A stretch of 64,000 bases of DNA, from assembly GCA_038245115.1 (NCBI GenBank), contig JBBRSS010000005.1:3141-67140 (forward strand), given 5' to 3'. Under the pieces are notes generated by a model. It was not told where the DNA came from, did not search any database, and worked only from the letters and a program-made list of their open reading frames with translations. Source of the DNA: Candidatus Saccharimonadia bacterium (GTDB lineage: Bacteria; Patescibacteriota; Saccharimonadia; UBA4664). Positions 29,700 through 38,707 of the stretch are shown here, piece by piece. The translations under genes were made by a program, and so were the position numbers. Position 1 is the first letter of the stretch. The number at the start of each line of letters is the position of its first letter.

Positions 29700-29770
29700 C
29701 CTTATCCCCACCTATCCACGGGGTTATCCACCTAGGCCATACCTGTTGGAGAGCAATTTCTGTGGATAAG
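29700..29770. promoter_or_regulatory. DnaA-box cluster upstream of dnaA
   Basis: TTATCCCCA (29702), TATCCACGG, TTATCCACC (29724) and a perfect TGTGGATAA (29761-29769). Confidence 0.5.
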
Positions 29771-29858
29771 TTGGGCATAATTATTAGTTTACAAATTGCC
29801 GTTGTGGAAAAGGCTCATGCTCTCTATGATAGTTGTAACGTTAGGAGTCGGGAGCTTT

Positions 29859-31277
29859 ATGCAGGATGTGAAGGGGCTTTGGCAATCTGTGCTTGGTGAG
29901 TTGGAAATGAGCGTTTCCGAAGCTCATTTTAAGACTTGGCTGAAACCAACCTTTATTTTGTCGAGTGAAGACGGCCACATAGTGGTAGGGGTGCCCAACA
30001 TCTTCAATAAGAAGCGGCTCGAGACTAATTATCACGCTGATATTAAGGGGCTGCTGACACGTCTGGATAGCGGCATTCAGACAGTAGAGTACAAGATTGT
30101 GGGCAAAGGACCGGCGGGAGCGGCGGCGGAGAGTTCGTCGGCCCCGGCACGGGCAACCAATCGAGCAGAACCAGTTGCTCGCCGTGAAGCACCCGCCAGA
30201 CGAGGCGAGCAAACGGCGATTCCGACCTCGGCCCCGGCGGCGCATTCGAACCTGAACCCACGCTATACCTTCGAGAGTTTTGTGGTGGGTTCGAGTAATG
30301 ATTTTGCCCACGCGGCCTGCCAGGCGGTGGCCAAGAGCCCCGGCACTAAGTACAATCCCCTGTTTATCTACGGCGGTGTTGGGTTGGGCAAGACACACCT
30401 AATGCAGGCCGTGGGTAATGAGATTATCCGACGCGACGCTTCGAAGCGGGTGGAATACGTGACCATCGAAGGTTTCACGAATGAGTTTATTAATTCGATT
30501 TCCAAAAAGAAAAACGAGAGCTTCGTTGAGAAGTATCGCAACGTAGACGTACTAATAATTGACGATATGCAATTCTTGGCCGGCAAGGAAAAAACCCAGG
30601 ATGAATTCTTCCACACATTTAATGCGCTACACCAGACCAACAAACAGATCATTATCTCGAGCGATAAGCCACCTAAACAGTTAGTGATGCTCGAAGACCG
30701 TCTGATATCGCGGTTTGAGATGGGGATCACCGTTGATATTCAGTCGCCGGACCTGGAGACCCGCTCGGCGATTATTCAGAGTAAGGCAACCAGCAAGGGC
30801 ATAGTGCTGCCGCTCGAGGTAGTGGACTACATTGCCCGACACGCGCAGAGCAACATTCGTGAGCTCGAGGGGACGCTAACTAAGGTGTTGGCCGATCTGG
30901 ACTACAATGGCGGTGAACCAAACTTGGCGAGACTCAAGCATTTGCTGGCGGCGGATGTGGCATCGCGCCCCAAGCTTCGGCCAATATCACCCAAGACCAT
31001 TATTGAGCGGGTGGCGGCTTATTTTGATCTGTCGGCGGCAGATATTTGTGGTACTAAGCGTGACAAAGAAATAGTGGTTCCACGGCAAGTCACGATGTAT
31101 TTGATGCGCGAGGAGTTGGCTCTGAGTTTTCCAAAGATCGCGGCGGCCGTGGGCGGACGGGACCACACGACCGCTATGCACTCGGTATCGAAGATTGAGA
31201 AGTTGGTAGAGACCGATGATAACCTGCGAGGCGACATTGGCGCTATTCGTGAGCGCTTGAACGCCGCTATTGTTTAG
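29859..31277 (+). CDS. dnaA: Chromosomal replication initiator DnaA
   Basis: AAA+ motifs 'LFIYGGVGLGKTHL' and 'LIIDDMQF', plus a C-terminal DnaA-box-binding HTH 'VTMYLMREELALSFPKIAAAVGGRDHTTAMHS'. The start is taken at the ATG at 29859, which has AGGAG 11 nt upstream. Confidence 0.9.
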   Translation: MQDVKGLWQSVLGELEMSVSEAHFKTWLKPTFILSSEDGHIVVGVPNIFNKKRLETNYHADIKGLLTRLDSGIQTVEYKIVGKGPAGAAAESSSAPARATNRAEPVARREAPARRGEQTAIPTSAPAAHSNLNPRYTFESFVVGSSNDFAHAACQAVAKSPGTKYNPLFIYGGVGLGKTHLMQAVGNEIIRRDASKRVEYVTIEGFTNEFINSISKKKNESFVEKYRNVDVLIIDDMQFLAGKEKTQDEFFHTFNALHQTNKQIIISSDKPPKQLVMLEDRLISRFEMGITVDIQSPDLETRSAIIQSKATSKGIVLPLEVVDYIARHAQSNIRELEGTLTKVLADLDYNGGEPNLARLKHLLAADVASRPKLRPISPKTIIERVAAYFDLSAADICGTKRDKEIVVPRQVTMYLMREELALSFPKIAAAVGGRDHTTAMHSVSKIEKLVETDDNLRGDIGAIRERLNAAIV

Positions 31278-31571
31278 GTTAAGATTTGTCCCCACCCGTG
31301 CATAACCTATGGGGATAACCGGGCTGAAGATTGTTGAAAACGTAAGCATTATGGGCAGTTTTACCCAGCGAGTCTAAGGGCGTCCACAGGCCCGTCCCAA
31401 ACTCATCCCCAGGAATTGGAGCTAGTTATCCCCTCGAGGTGGATGAGTTTTGGAGCGCAAGTAAGCCACAAACTGACTTATACCCACTTTCCACAGCCCT
31501 TATGATTACTACGATTACTTTTAATTAATATCTGTATAATGAAGAAAAGCTGGATAAGGGGAGGATAAGTT
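31278..31571. other. Probable oriC: dnaA-dnaN spacer with DnaA boxes and an AT-rich unwinding element
   Basis: TGGGGATAAC (31308), TTATCCCCT (31426), TGGATAAGG (31549), and an AT-rich stretch 'ATTACTACGATTACTTTTAATTAATATCTGTATAATGAAG' at ~31503-31542. Confidence 0.5.
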
Positions 31572-32681
31572 TTGCGACTCAGTTTAACTCAGGAAAATTT
31601 ATCTAGGGCACTGGCAAGTGTAGGACGAGTAGTATCTACCAGAGCTAGTCTACCGGTGCTTGCTAATGTGTTATTGGCGACCGACGGTAATCGCTTAAGG
31701 TTATCGGCAACGAATCTAGAGATAGGGATTAATTATTGGATTGGTTCGAAGGTGGAGGAGCAGGGATCACTGACGGTACCGGCCAGGTTGTTTGCGGAGT
31801 TTGTATCGAGTCTCCCCCACGGTAATATTGAGTTGCACGGGCTAGATAGCATATTGACGGTGAAGAGCCCGCATTATGAGTCGAAGATTAATGGTATTTC
31901 GGCAGAAGAGTTTCCATTGATCCCGACGCTTACGAGTGACCCGGCGCTAACCTTGGATGCGGCGATATTTCGAGATGCATTGGCCCAGGTAGTCGTGGCG
32001 GCGTCGGCGGATGAGGCCAGGCCGGTGTTGGCTGGGGTTTATATGTATATTGAAGACGAATCGTTATTTATTGTGGCGACCGACTCATACCGGTTGGCTG
32101 AGAAGCGCGTAGAGCTGCCTCAGGGTGCTCCCAAGGAATTTTCAGTACTGGTGCCGGCTCGGACAATGCAGGAGCTGGTAAAGCTTCTGGGTGACGCAGA
32201 GGGTGACGTGGAAGTGTATGTGGATGAGAATCAAGTGATGTTTAGAATTGCAGACGTGGAGGTGGTGTCGCGGTTGATTGAGGGGCAGTTCCCCCCTTAT
32301 CGACGGATTATTCCGGAGAGCGCCGAGACCTCGTTTGATATTGCTACGGCGGAGCTGGCGAGAATTACCAAGGTGGCAAGTTTGTTTGCTCGGGAGAGTG
32401 CCGGTAGTATTCGGTTGGAAATTAAGGCTGAGGGCGAAGTGAGTGTGGTGTCGAACGATTCCGAGGTGGGCGGCAATAAATCGTCGGCGGAATGCGACGT
32501 GAACGGTGAGGATGGTGAGATTTCGTTGAATGCTCGGTATCTGACCGATGCACTGGCAGTAGTGAAGAGCCCGATGGTGACGGTGGCAATTAGCGGTAAG
32601 TTGAGCCCGTGTGTAATATCGCCGGCCGGTGAAAACGCGGCGGATGATTATTTGCACATCGTGATGCCGCTGCGAACTTAG
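31572..32681 (+). CDS. dnaN: DNA polymerase III beta sliding clamp
   Basis: 369 aa with the three-domain clamp pattern ('MRLSLTQENLSRALASVGRVVSTRASLPVLANVLL'). TTG start preceded by GGGGAGG. Confidence 0.9.
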   Translation: MRLSLTQENLSRALASVGRVVSTRASLPVLANVLLATDGNRLRLSATNLEIGINYWIGSKVEEQGSLTVPARLFAEFVSSLPHGNIELHGLDSILTVKSPHYESKINGISAEEFPLIPTLTSDPALTLDAAIFRDALAQVVVAASADEARPVLAGVYMYIEDESLFIVATDSYRLAEKRVELPQGAPKEFSVLVPARTMQELVKLLGDAEGDVEVYVDENQVMFRIADVEVVSRLIEGQFPPYRRIIPESAETSFDIATAELARITKVASLFARESAGSIRLEIKAEGEVSVVSNDSEVGGNKSSAECDVNGEDGEISLNARYLTDALAVVKSPMVTVAISGKLSPCVISPAGENAADDYLHIVMPLRT

Positions 32682-32721
32682 TTTGTATTATCGGCTCGAA
32701 ATAATTGCGTAGACATAGTGA

Positions 32722-32774
32722 GGCCCCCGACGTGACCTTACTTTCATCTGATGAATGGGGCCCCGTCGGGGGCG
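32722..32774. terminator. Putative bidirectional terminator hairpin between dnaN and the convergent lipoprotein gene
   Basis: 9-bp GC stem CCCCCGACG ... CGTCGGGGG with a ~31-nt loop; no clear U-tract. Confidence 0.3.
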
Positions 32775-32783
32775 TTGTTGAGC

Positions 32784-33443
32784 TCAGGGGCGATGGTTGA
32801 CCACCGCTTGAGCGAGCTTGATCGCGATTTTCGTATTGCGATCTGTGTCGTCCGGTGCGTGGTAGTAGACGATAGTGACGATCCACTTACCGGTGCCAAC
32901 CTGGGCAGAGCTCTCTCCTTTGTCTGTGCCAGTTCCTGGGGAGGCTTTGATGAGTGCACCGTACCCGGCCGGGTAGTCTCTGACCCAATTGAGAGCGGTG
33001 GCTGCGGCGTGCTCATTTTGCTTCAGCATTTCGAATGCGACCCGGGCTACCTTTGCAGTTGGGTACATTTGTGCGTACATGTCGATCACCGGGATGTCGA
33101 AATGCATGGGGTCACCCCAGGCGCAGATAGTCAGGTTGTTTGGAGCGACGATTGCCCCTGACCGATCGATGTGGCCCGGGCCGGGGTCAAACCCAAGGGC
33201 GGCCGTGGCGTCGGCCTTGGTGATGAAGTCGCACGCAAACTCAGTGGACGCCCGAGTAATCGGCGCCGCAGGTGCGGCAACCGCTGAACGCGTTGTCATA
33301 ACAGAGGGCTTTGGGGTGGCGGGGTTTGCGACGGCCGTATTTCCGTGCGATGAACCGCACGCCGTAAGGCTTATCGCTAGGAGGAAGGCGGATATGACCA
33401 CCAGCCCCCTAATCGTGGTGCGAGAAAGCGACCAGTACGTCAT
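32784..33443 (-). CDS. Putative lipoprotein
   Basis: Signal peptide plus lipobox 'LLAISLTAC'; 219 aa. Preferred over the overlapping plus-strand ORFs 32751-33161 and 32989-33474. Confidence 0.5.
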   Translation of the reverse strand: MTYWSLSRTTIRGLVVISAFLLAISLTACGSSHGNTAVANPATPKPSVMTTRSAVAAPAAPITRASTEFACDFITKADATAALGFDPGPGHIDRSGAIVAPNNLTICAWGDPMHFDIPVIDMYAQMYPTAKVARVAFEMLKQNEHAAATALNWVRDYPAGYGALIKASPGTGTDKGESSAQVGTGKWIVTIVYYHAPDDTDRNTKIAIKLAQAVVNHRP

Positions 33444-33612
33444 GATTTTTCCCTCCTATAGGGACCTTGACTAGGGTTGTCAACCTCGGGTGAGGTCAAA
33501 CAGGTGGCATGCAGTCACACGCCCGTTCAAGCTATATAATAATCTAAAAATGCAAATCTGTCAAGCTTATGCTTACTAAGATAAACAAATTTTAATCAGA
33601 TACAATAGAGAT

Positions 33613-34680
33613 ATGAGAGTAGAAAGCTTGGAGTTAACTAATTTTCGGTCGTATGAAACGGCGCGGTTTGAGCTGCACCCCGATGTGACGTTGGTGGTGG
33701 GGCCAAATGCCAGCGGTAAAACTAACCTGCTGGAGAGTTTGTACGTGTTGGCGTCGACAAAGAGTTTTCGGGCTAAGGATCGGGATTTGGTAAGGCACGG
33801 GCAGGATCATTTTCGGTTGGTGGCTCAGACTGACGGGACTGAGTACGCTTTAGGTTACGCGGCAGGGGCAACGACTGAGAAGAAAATTACTCATGACGGC
33901 GTTAAGCGTACGTTAGTGGGACACGTGGGGCAGATTCAGGTGACATTATTTGAGCCGACCGATCTGGAATTGGTAGCGGGAGCACCGGAGGCTCGGAGGC
34001 GGTACTTGGATTTTTTGTTATGCCAAACCGACCGGACTTATTTGAAAACCTTGCAGCAGTACCGCCGGGTTCTGAAGCAGCGCAATGCCCTGCTGGATGG
34101 GTTTGATATGGAGCGGATCCGGCAGCAAATATTTACCTGGGATATTAAACTGGCCGAGTTGGCCGTGGAAATTTACCGCCAACGACAGAAATTGCTGGCG
34201 GTTCTATCGGAGGCGACTCCCCTGCTGTACCGCGATATAGCTAATGAAACGGTGGAGGTGGGGTTTGAGTATCTTCCGAGCGTAGCGGGAGTATATGAGG
34301 ATGAATTTTTGGAGGCGTTGGCGCGCAATTTGACACGAGATTTGGGGGCCGGGTTTACGACGATTGGACCGCACCGGGAAGATTTTAAAATTCATTTTAA
34401 GAATAATGATATAACCAAGGTGGCCTCACGGGGCGAGACGCGCACGTTGGTATTGGCGATGAAGCTGGCGGAGCTGGGATATGCGGAGCAGCACACGGGC
34501 GTGCGTCCCCTATTATTGCTGGATGATGTGTTTAGTGAGCTCGATAAGTACCGGCGTGGGTATCTGCTGAACCGGCTGGAGGGCTATCAGACGATGGTAA
34601 CTACGACTGATGCTGACGCAATTGCGCGGGAATTCAAAACCGCCCACAAAATTATCTCTACGGAGACAGCCAATGCTTGA
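33613..34680 (+). CDS. recF: DNA replication and repair protein RecF
   Basis: Walker A 'GPNASGKTN' and a C-terminal signature/Walker B region 'LLLDDVFSELD'. Confidence 0.85.
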   Translation: MRVESLELTNFRSYETARFELHPDVTLVVGPNASGKTNLLESLYVLASTKSFRAKDRDLVRHGQDHFRLVAQTDGTEYALGYAAGATTEKKITHDGVKRTLVGHVGQIQVTLFEPTDLELVAGAPEARRRYLDFLLCQTDRTYLKTLQQYRRVLKQRNALLDGFDMERIRQQIFTWDIKLAELAVEIYRQRQKLLAVLSEATPLLYRDIANETVEVGFEYLPSVAGVYEDEFLEALARNLTRDLGAGFTTIGPHREDFKIHFKNNDITKVASRGETRTLVLAMKLAELGYAEQHTGVRPLLLLDDVFSELDKYRRGYLLNRLEGYQTMVTTTDADAIAREFKTAHKIISTETANA

Positions 34681-34948
34681 GCCGGATTATTTTAGTAAGC
34701 TGCGGGCGAAGCTGGGGATGGAGCGCGAGGATATTCTCGTAGGGGTGCAGAGGGTGCTGGACGGCTGGTATCCGGGGCAAGTGAGGGCGAGGCAGTTGCA
34801 TCAAGGGATATTGCGCTTGGATACACAGAGCGCGGGGGTGGCGGGAGAGCTGCGGATGCGGCAGGTGGAGCTGCTCAACGTGGTAGAGGCACTGGCCGGT
34901 GAGCGGCCGAAGCGGCTGGCGATAAATATTGGGCAGCTGCGGGACTGA
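34673..34948 (+). CDS. DUF721-family small protein, at its usual position downstream of recF
   Basis: ~91 aa starting 'MLEPDYFSKLRAKLG'. The ATG overlaps the recF stop (ATGCTTGA). Confidence 0.5.
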   Translation: MLEPDYFSKLRAKLGMEREDILVGVQRVLDGWYPGQVRARQLHQGILRLDTQSAGVAGELRMRQVELLNVVEALAGERPKRLAINIGQLRD

Positions 34949-34951
34949 AGG

Positions 34952-36493
34952 CTATAGAGGTTGGGTGATGTTGATGACGTAGGTGTTGCGATCAATTCCG
35001 GCTTTATCGGCGGCATTCATGATGCCCGCGTTGATCTTGCCCTGAACTGTTGGATCGGGGGCATTAGTTTTATTGACGTAATCCATGATATTTACGCCTT
35101 TCGGCACGATGTAGATAACGTTACCTACGATGGAAAGCGTATTGACGTCGCCATAGGATTCGAGAACCAGGACTTTTTTGTCGATACTGTCGGTATTGTT
35201 GGCCTGTTGGCTGATATGAAGGACTACATTGTTGCCCTCCGGATTTATCAGGCACAACAAAGGTCCGTTGACGCTAGCTTGGAGGCCGCATGATTGGTAT
35301 CGACCCAGGCTGTATTCGATGTAGCCGACTTTGGATTCGGGGTCTATGCGCAGAAGTCCGTCTTGCCGTAATGCGAGGATGCCATGATCGTCTGTAGCGG
35401 CCTTAGAGACGTTATGTATGGCAAATATTTGATTGGTACTGGTTCCGGAAATGGTATTAATTTCGAGGATGTGTTTGTCCGAGTTAAGCATGCAGAGGTT
35501 GGCGCCACAGTAGCTAATGGTCGAGTAGCGAGCATTAAATGTTAAGTGGGTGGATTTGTCGTTTTCGGAAACTATGATTTCTGTGTTCGTGGATTTGTTT
35601 CTATTTTTTGAGGCCTCTTCGTCTTCGATTGCTGAGGCATAGGCAACTGCTAGCTCGCCCTTTTCATTTGAGCTTAGGGAGAGAGCGTTAAGTCCGGAGG
35701 TTTTGGGTTGTTCGAGGGTAATATTGACGGGTTTAGCGTGGATAGAGGCGTAATAAAATACTTGTGTAAATTGTTTGTCGTAGGCTATGAAGCCGTCACG
35801 GTAGGCTTGGAGTGAGTAGGATTCGCCACTGGACAATCCGTCGAGCACTGCCTTTTCCTTCGGTTGGAACGTGGCGCCAGTTGGGTCGTAGGTATAGACG
35901 GTGTGCAGGATAGGCGGTGCTGCATCGACATTGTCTGGCACCGGAGGCTGGCTGGCAAATAGTGCCAGGGTGCCTGCCTTGGTTCTGGCATTGCCTTCAA
36001 AGTGACCATAGGGAGAGAGGGCTGTGTCGACATATGTAGGCTGGGTTGGGGTTGATGGAATGTGGGTGTAAATGTCACTCGAAAGACCGCCACAGTCATT
36101 TGATAGCAGTGTTGTGCCCAATAGGCTCATGCAGACGGCTGGATTATCGCCGACGAAGGATCGGGCGAGCTCGGGCTTCAAGTCGGCGGTTATCTTTGTA
36201 GTACGAAAGAAGCCGGCAGTTTTGACGACGGCGTAAGAGCTAAGACTGCCTTGTGTGACCTTTACTTCATATGATCCGGTCGCAAGCGTCTTGCTAAATA
36301 CATTGGAGTCGCTCTTGGTGCTTGATGACTTATCGTTGGATTGTTTCATGACGGCATAAGAATAGTTAGTCTGACTGCCGCCGGTGGTGGTGATCTCTAG
36401 GCGCGAGGTTTGCGAGAGGCCGTAGACTATGAACACTGAAGCCAGAGCGATAGCGATGAGTATGAGTCGATTTTTCATAGGTATGCTTTCCAT
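34952..36493 (-). CDS. Membrane-anchored Ser/Thr-rich surface protein, first gene of the type IV secretion-like operon
   Basis: Start at MESIPMKNRLILIAIALASVFIV (one TM helix), then ~490 aa of beta-rich, Ser/Thr/Asn-rich sequence. There is no ATPase motif, so it is not VirD4. Confidence 0.45.
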   Translation of the reverse strand: MESIPMKNRLILIAIALASVFIVYGLSQTSRLEITTTGGSQTNYSYAVMKQSNDKSSSTKSDSNVFSKTLATGSYEVKVTQGSLSSYAVVKTAGFFRTTKITADLKPELARSFVGDNPAVCMSLLGTTLLSNDCGGLSSDIYTHIPSTPTQPTYVDTALSPYGHFEGNARTKAGTLALFASQPPVPDNVDAAPPILHTVYTYDPTGATFQPKEKAVLDGLSSGESYSLQAYRDGFIAYDKQFTQVFYYASIHAKPVNITLEQPKTSGLNALSLSSNEKGELAVAYASAIEDEEASKNRNKSTNTEIIVSENDKSTHLTFNARYSTISYCGANLCMLNSDKHILEINTISGTSTNQIFAIHNVSKAATDDHGILALRQDGLLRIDPESKVGYIEYSLGRYQSCGLQASVNGPLLCLINPEGNNVVLHISQQANNTDSIDKKVLVLESYGDVNTLSIVGNVIYIVPKGVNIMDYVNKTNAPDPTVQGKINAGIMNAADKAGIDRNTYVINITQPL

Positions 36494-36494
36494 A

Positions 36495-38705
36495 TTAATT
36501 CCCCGTGGCTGACCAGTGCCAGGCCTCTCGCGGGTAGTTGCTATATCCGTATGTGGCGGCATTTTTGGTAAGCCAAGCCCATAATGGATTGCCCGGAATC
36601 GGACCTGGACTACTAGGGAGATTACCACCAAAGTCGATGGCTAGGCCCATCTGGTGGTTGGAGGTGCCTGGAAGGGCAACCGTAACGGCATCGCAGGGGC
36701 AAAGGGATTGCTGGTGGGCCATGGTGCGGAAGGCACTGGAGGCGATAATATTGAGGCCAGATTTCTTCATGGCAGTCGCCATAGCAGATACTTGCCCAGA
36801 TACACGGGAATTTACTACCGAACCCCCGTTGGCACCATTTACGCCGAAGCCGTTATGGCTTTCCTGGCCAGTGTTGGGGAGATTAGGAATGGCGCAGATG
36901 CGGATTTTTATGAGTATATTCTTGTGGTAACCATCGGCGATTCCGAGGTCTTTGGTGCCGGGGGCACATCGAATATTCGATGAATCTTGGAATATGGTCC
37001 TGGGGTCTGCGGTTGCGGAAAGAGTGTTGTCGCAGGTAAGTATACTGGATATGTTGTTGGCGGAGTTGAGTATTGCAGTTGTGCTGGAGCCGTATTTCGT
37101 TAAAATGGCTTGGGCTTGGCTATATCGGGCAGGTTGGGGGCTTCCGGCGTGCCGTTCATATAGCAGTTCAAACGCATCGGAGGCTTTCCGGAGGTCGGTC
37201 CCAGCGGCGATAAGGGCAGCGCCGGCGGCTTTCTCGCCGGAAGCACCTTTTCCGTCCAGCTGCTCCTTGAGCGCCAGAATTTCGGTGGGGACGTTGGGCT
37301 TGCTGCCGTGCAGATAAGGTATAAGTTTTGAGCCTGGTGTCCATTGAACTAGTCCATAGCCTCCGCCGCCGGCGGCGGCGGGGTCGGAGGAATGTCCGCC
37401 GCCCTGGATGATTAACGGGTCGAAGCCAGATTCTGATTGCATATTGCCCATGATGCCGGCAGTCTGAGTGGGGTTGAATCCTTGAGCCCTTAGGTTATCC
37501 CAGACGTCTTTGGGGTTGTTGCCTGTGGGGGCTACGCTGTTGGCGTCGCTGCTGGGGCAACAGCCGCCACTACCGGCAGTGTTGGTAGTGACAGTCTTGC
37601 CGGTTTTGAAGCTCATCACCTTAGCATCGGCGGCGGCGATGGCCGCCGGTGTTACGCCGGCTTTGACCTTATTGATGATGGCTTGAATGCCCGCGTCGCC
37701 GGGATTGGCAAATAGCGGCATGCTGACGCCGGCTGCGAGCGACCTGGTAACAGAGTTGGCTAAAGAGCCGGTAGCGGCAGTGACAGATTTGACCGCTAAG
37801 TCGTCGGTGGTGACCATACCGGAAAAGCCGATAGTGCTACGTAGATAAGAAACGGATTTCGCGCTGAGGCTGGTGGGGTTGGCGCTATCGAGGGCGGTAA
37901 CGTACATATTGCCCATCATCACGCCAGCATTCGGGAACTTGGTTGCGAGGGCTTTGTAAGGTGCGGTGGTATTGGCGATTGAGCCGGACATAACCACTTT
38001 AACGTCGTCAGTAGAGCCTTTGGTAGTACTATCAAACCCCGGGAAGTGCTTGAATATAGGGGTGATTCCGCTTGTGTCTAGACCGGTCGCAAAGGCTTCG
38101 GCTTGAGTGGCTACGGTGGTGGGATTACTTGAGAAAGAGCGGCCCTTGAGTCCGGTGCCTACATCGCGGAGGTCGAGTACGGGGGCAAGATCGGTTGTCA
38201 GGCCGTTTTTCCTCATAACGATGCCGGCGGCAGTACCGATTTTTTCCGCGTTGGCACCCATACTGGCGGCTGGCGGGAAGGAGGCGGCTGGGTAGCTGTA
38301 GCGAGTAACTACGCCCTCTTCATCGCTGGAGGCGACTATGGGCACGCCTGCAGCGGCGTCGAGTTTGGCATATAGGGCGGCATCAAAGCCTGCGGCGGCG
38401 GCATTGTGAGTGCCGGTGATGTACATTCCGCCGATTCGGTATTTCTTGAAGAGAGCTTCAATTGTTGCCTTGGGCGTTCCGGCATCGAAGCCTAGGATGA
38501 AAGTTTGGGCGATTTTTTGATCGAGGGTGGCGTCTGCGGGAAGTGCTGCGCTTGGGCTTGGGCTAACGGTTTCGCATTTTGGGCCGGCGTCGCTAGGGTC
38601 GTACCAGCTAGTTTCGCGATTGAGGATATGGGTAGTGTCTGGGGTAACGGCGAGGGCCTGGAGCGGAATGAGCGATAGAGAAAATATTACTAGTAGGCGT
38701 TTCAT
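36495..38705 (-). CDS. Secreted multi-domain peptidoglycan hydrolase: GH3 (NagZ-like) N-domain + lysozyme-like middle + C-terminal peptidase M15 (VanY-like)
   Basis: Signal peptide MKRLLVIFSLSLIPLQALA. GH3-like 'GGMYITGTH ... SSDEEGVVTRY ... DLAPVLDL'. Middle 'GGGGYGLVQWTPGSK'. C-terminal 'SNHQMGLAIDF ... EAWHW' Zn-ligand motifs of the M15 family. Confidence 0.55.
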   Translation of the reverse strand: MKRLLVIFSLSLIPLQALAVTPDTTHILNRETSWYDPSDAGPKCETVSPSPSAALPADATLDQKIAQTFILGFDAGTPKATIEALFKKYRIGGMYITGTHNAAAAGFDAALYAKLDAAAGVPIVASSDEEGVVTRYSYPAASFPPAASMGANAEKIGTAAGIVMRKNGLTTDLAPVLDLRDVGTGLKGRSFSSNPTTVATQAEAFATGLDTSGITPIFKHFPGFDSTTKGSTDDVKVVMSGSIANTTAPYKALATKFPNAGVMMGNMYVTALDSANPTSLSAKSVSYLRSTIGFSGMVTTDDLAVKSVTAATGSLANSVTRSLAAGVSMPLFANPGDAGIQAIINKVKAGVTPAAIAAADAKVMSFKTGKTVTTNTAGSGGCCPSSDANSVAPTGNNPKDVWDNLRAQGFNPTQTAGIMGNMQSESGFDPLIIQGGGHSSDPAAAGGGGYGLVQWTPGSKLIPYLHGSKPNVPTEILALKEQLDGKGASGEKAAGAALIAAGTDLRKASDAFELLYERHAGSPQPARYSQAQAILTKYGSSTTAILNSANNISSILTCDNTLSATADPRTIFQDSSNIRCAPGTKDLGIADGYHKNILIKIRICAIPNLPNTGQESHNGFGVNGANGGSVVNSRVSGQVSAMATAMKKSGLNIIASSAFRTMAHQQSLCPCDAVTVALPGTSNHQMGLAIDFGGNLPSSPGPIPGNPLWAWLTKNAATYGYSNYPREAWHWSATGN

Positions 38706-38707
38706 GA

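Noticed and set aside
32751-33474. Plus-strand ORFs 32751-33161 and 32989-33474
   Set aside because: They overlap the minus-strand ORF, which has a clean signal peptide plus lipobox. The plus-strand translations lack features.
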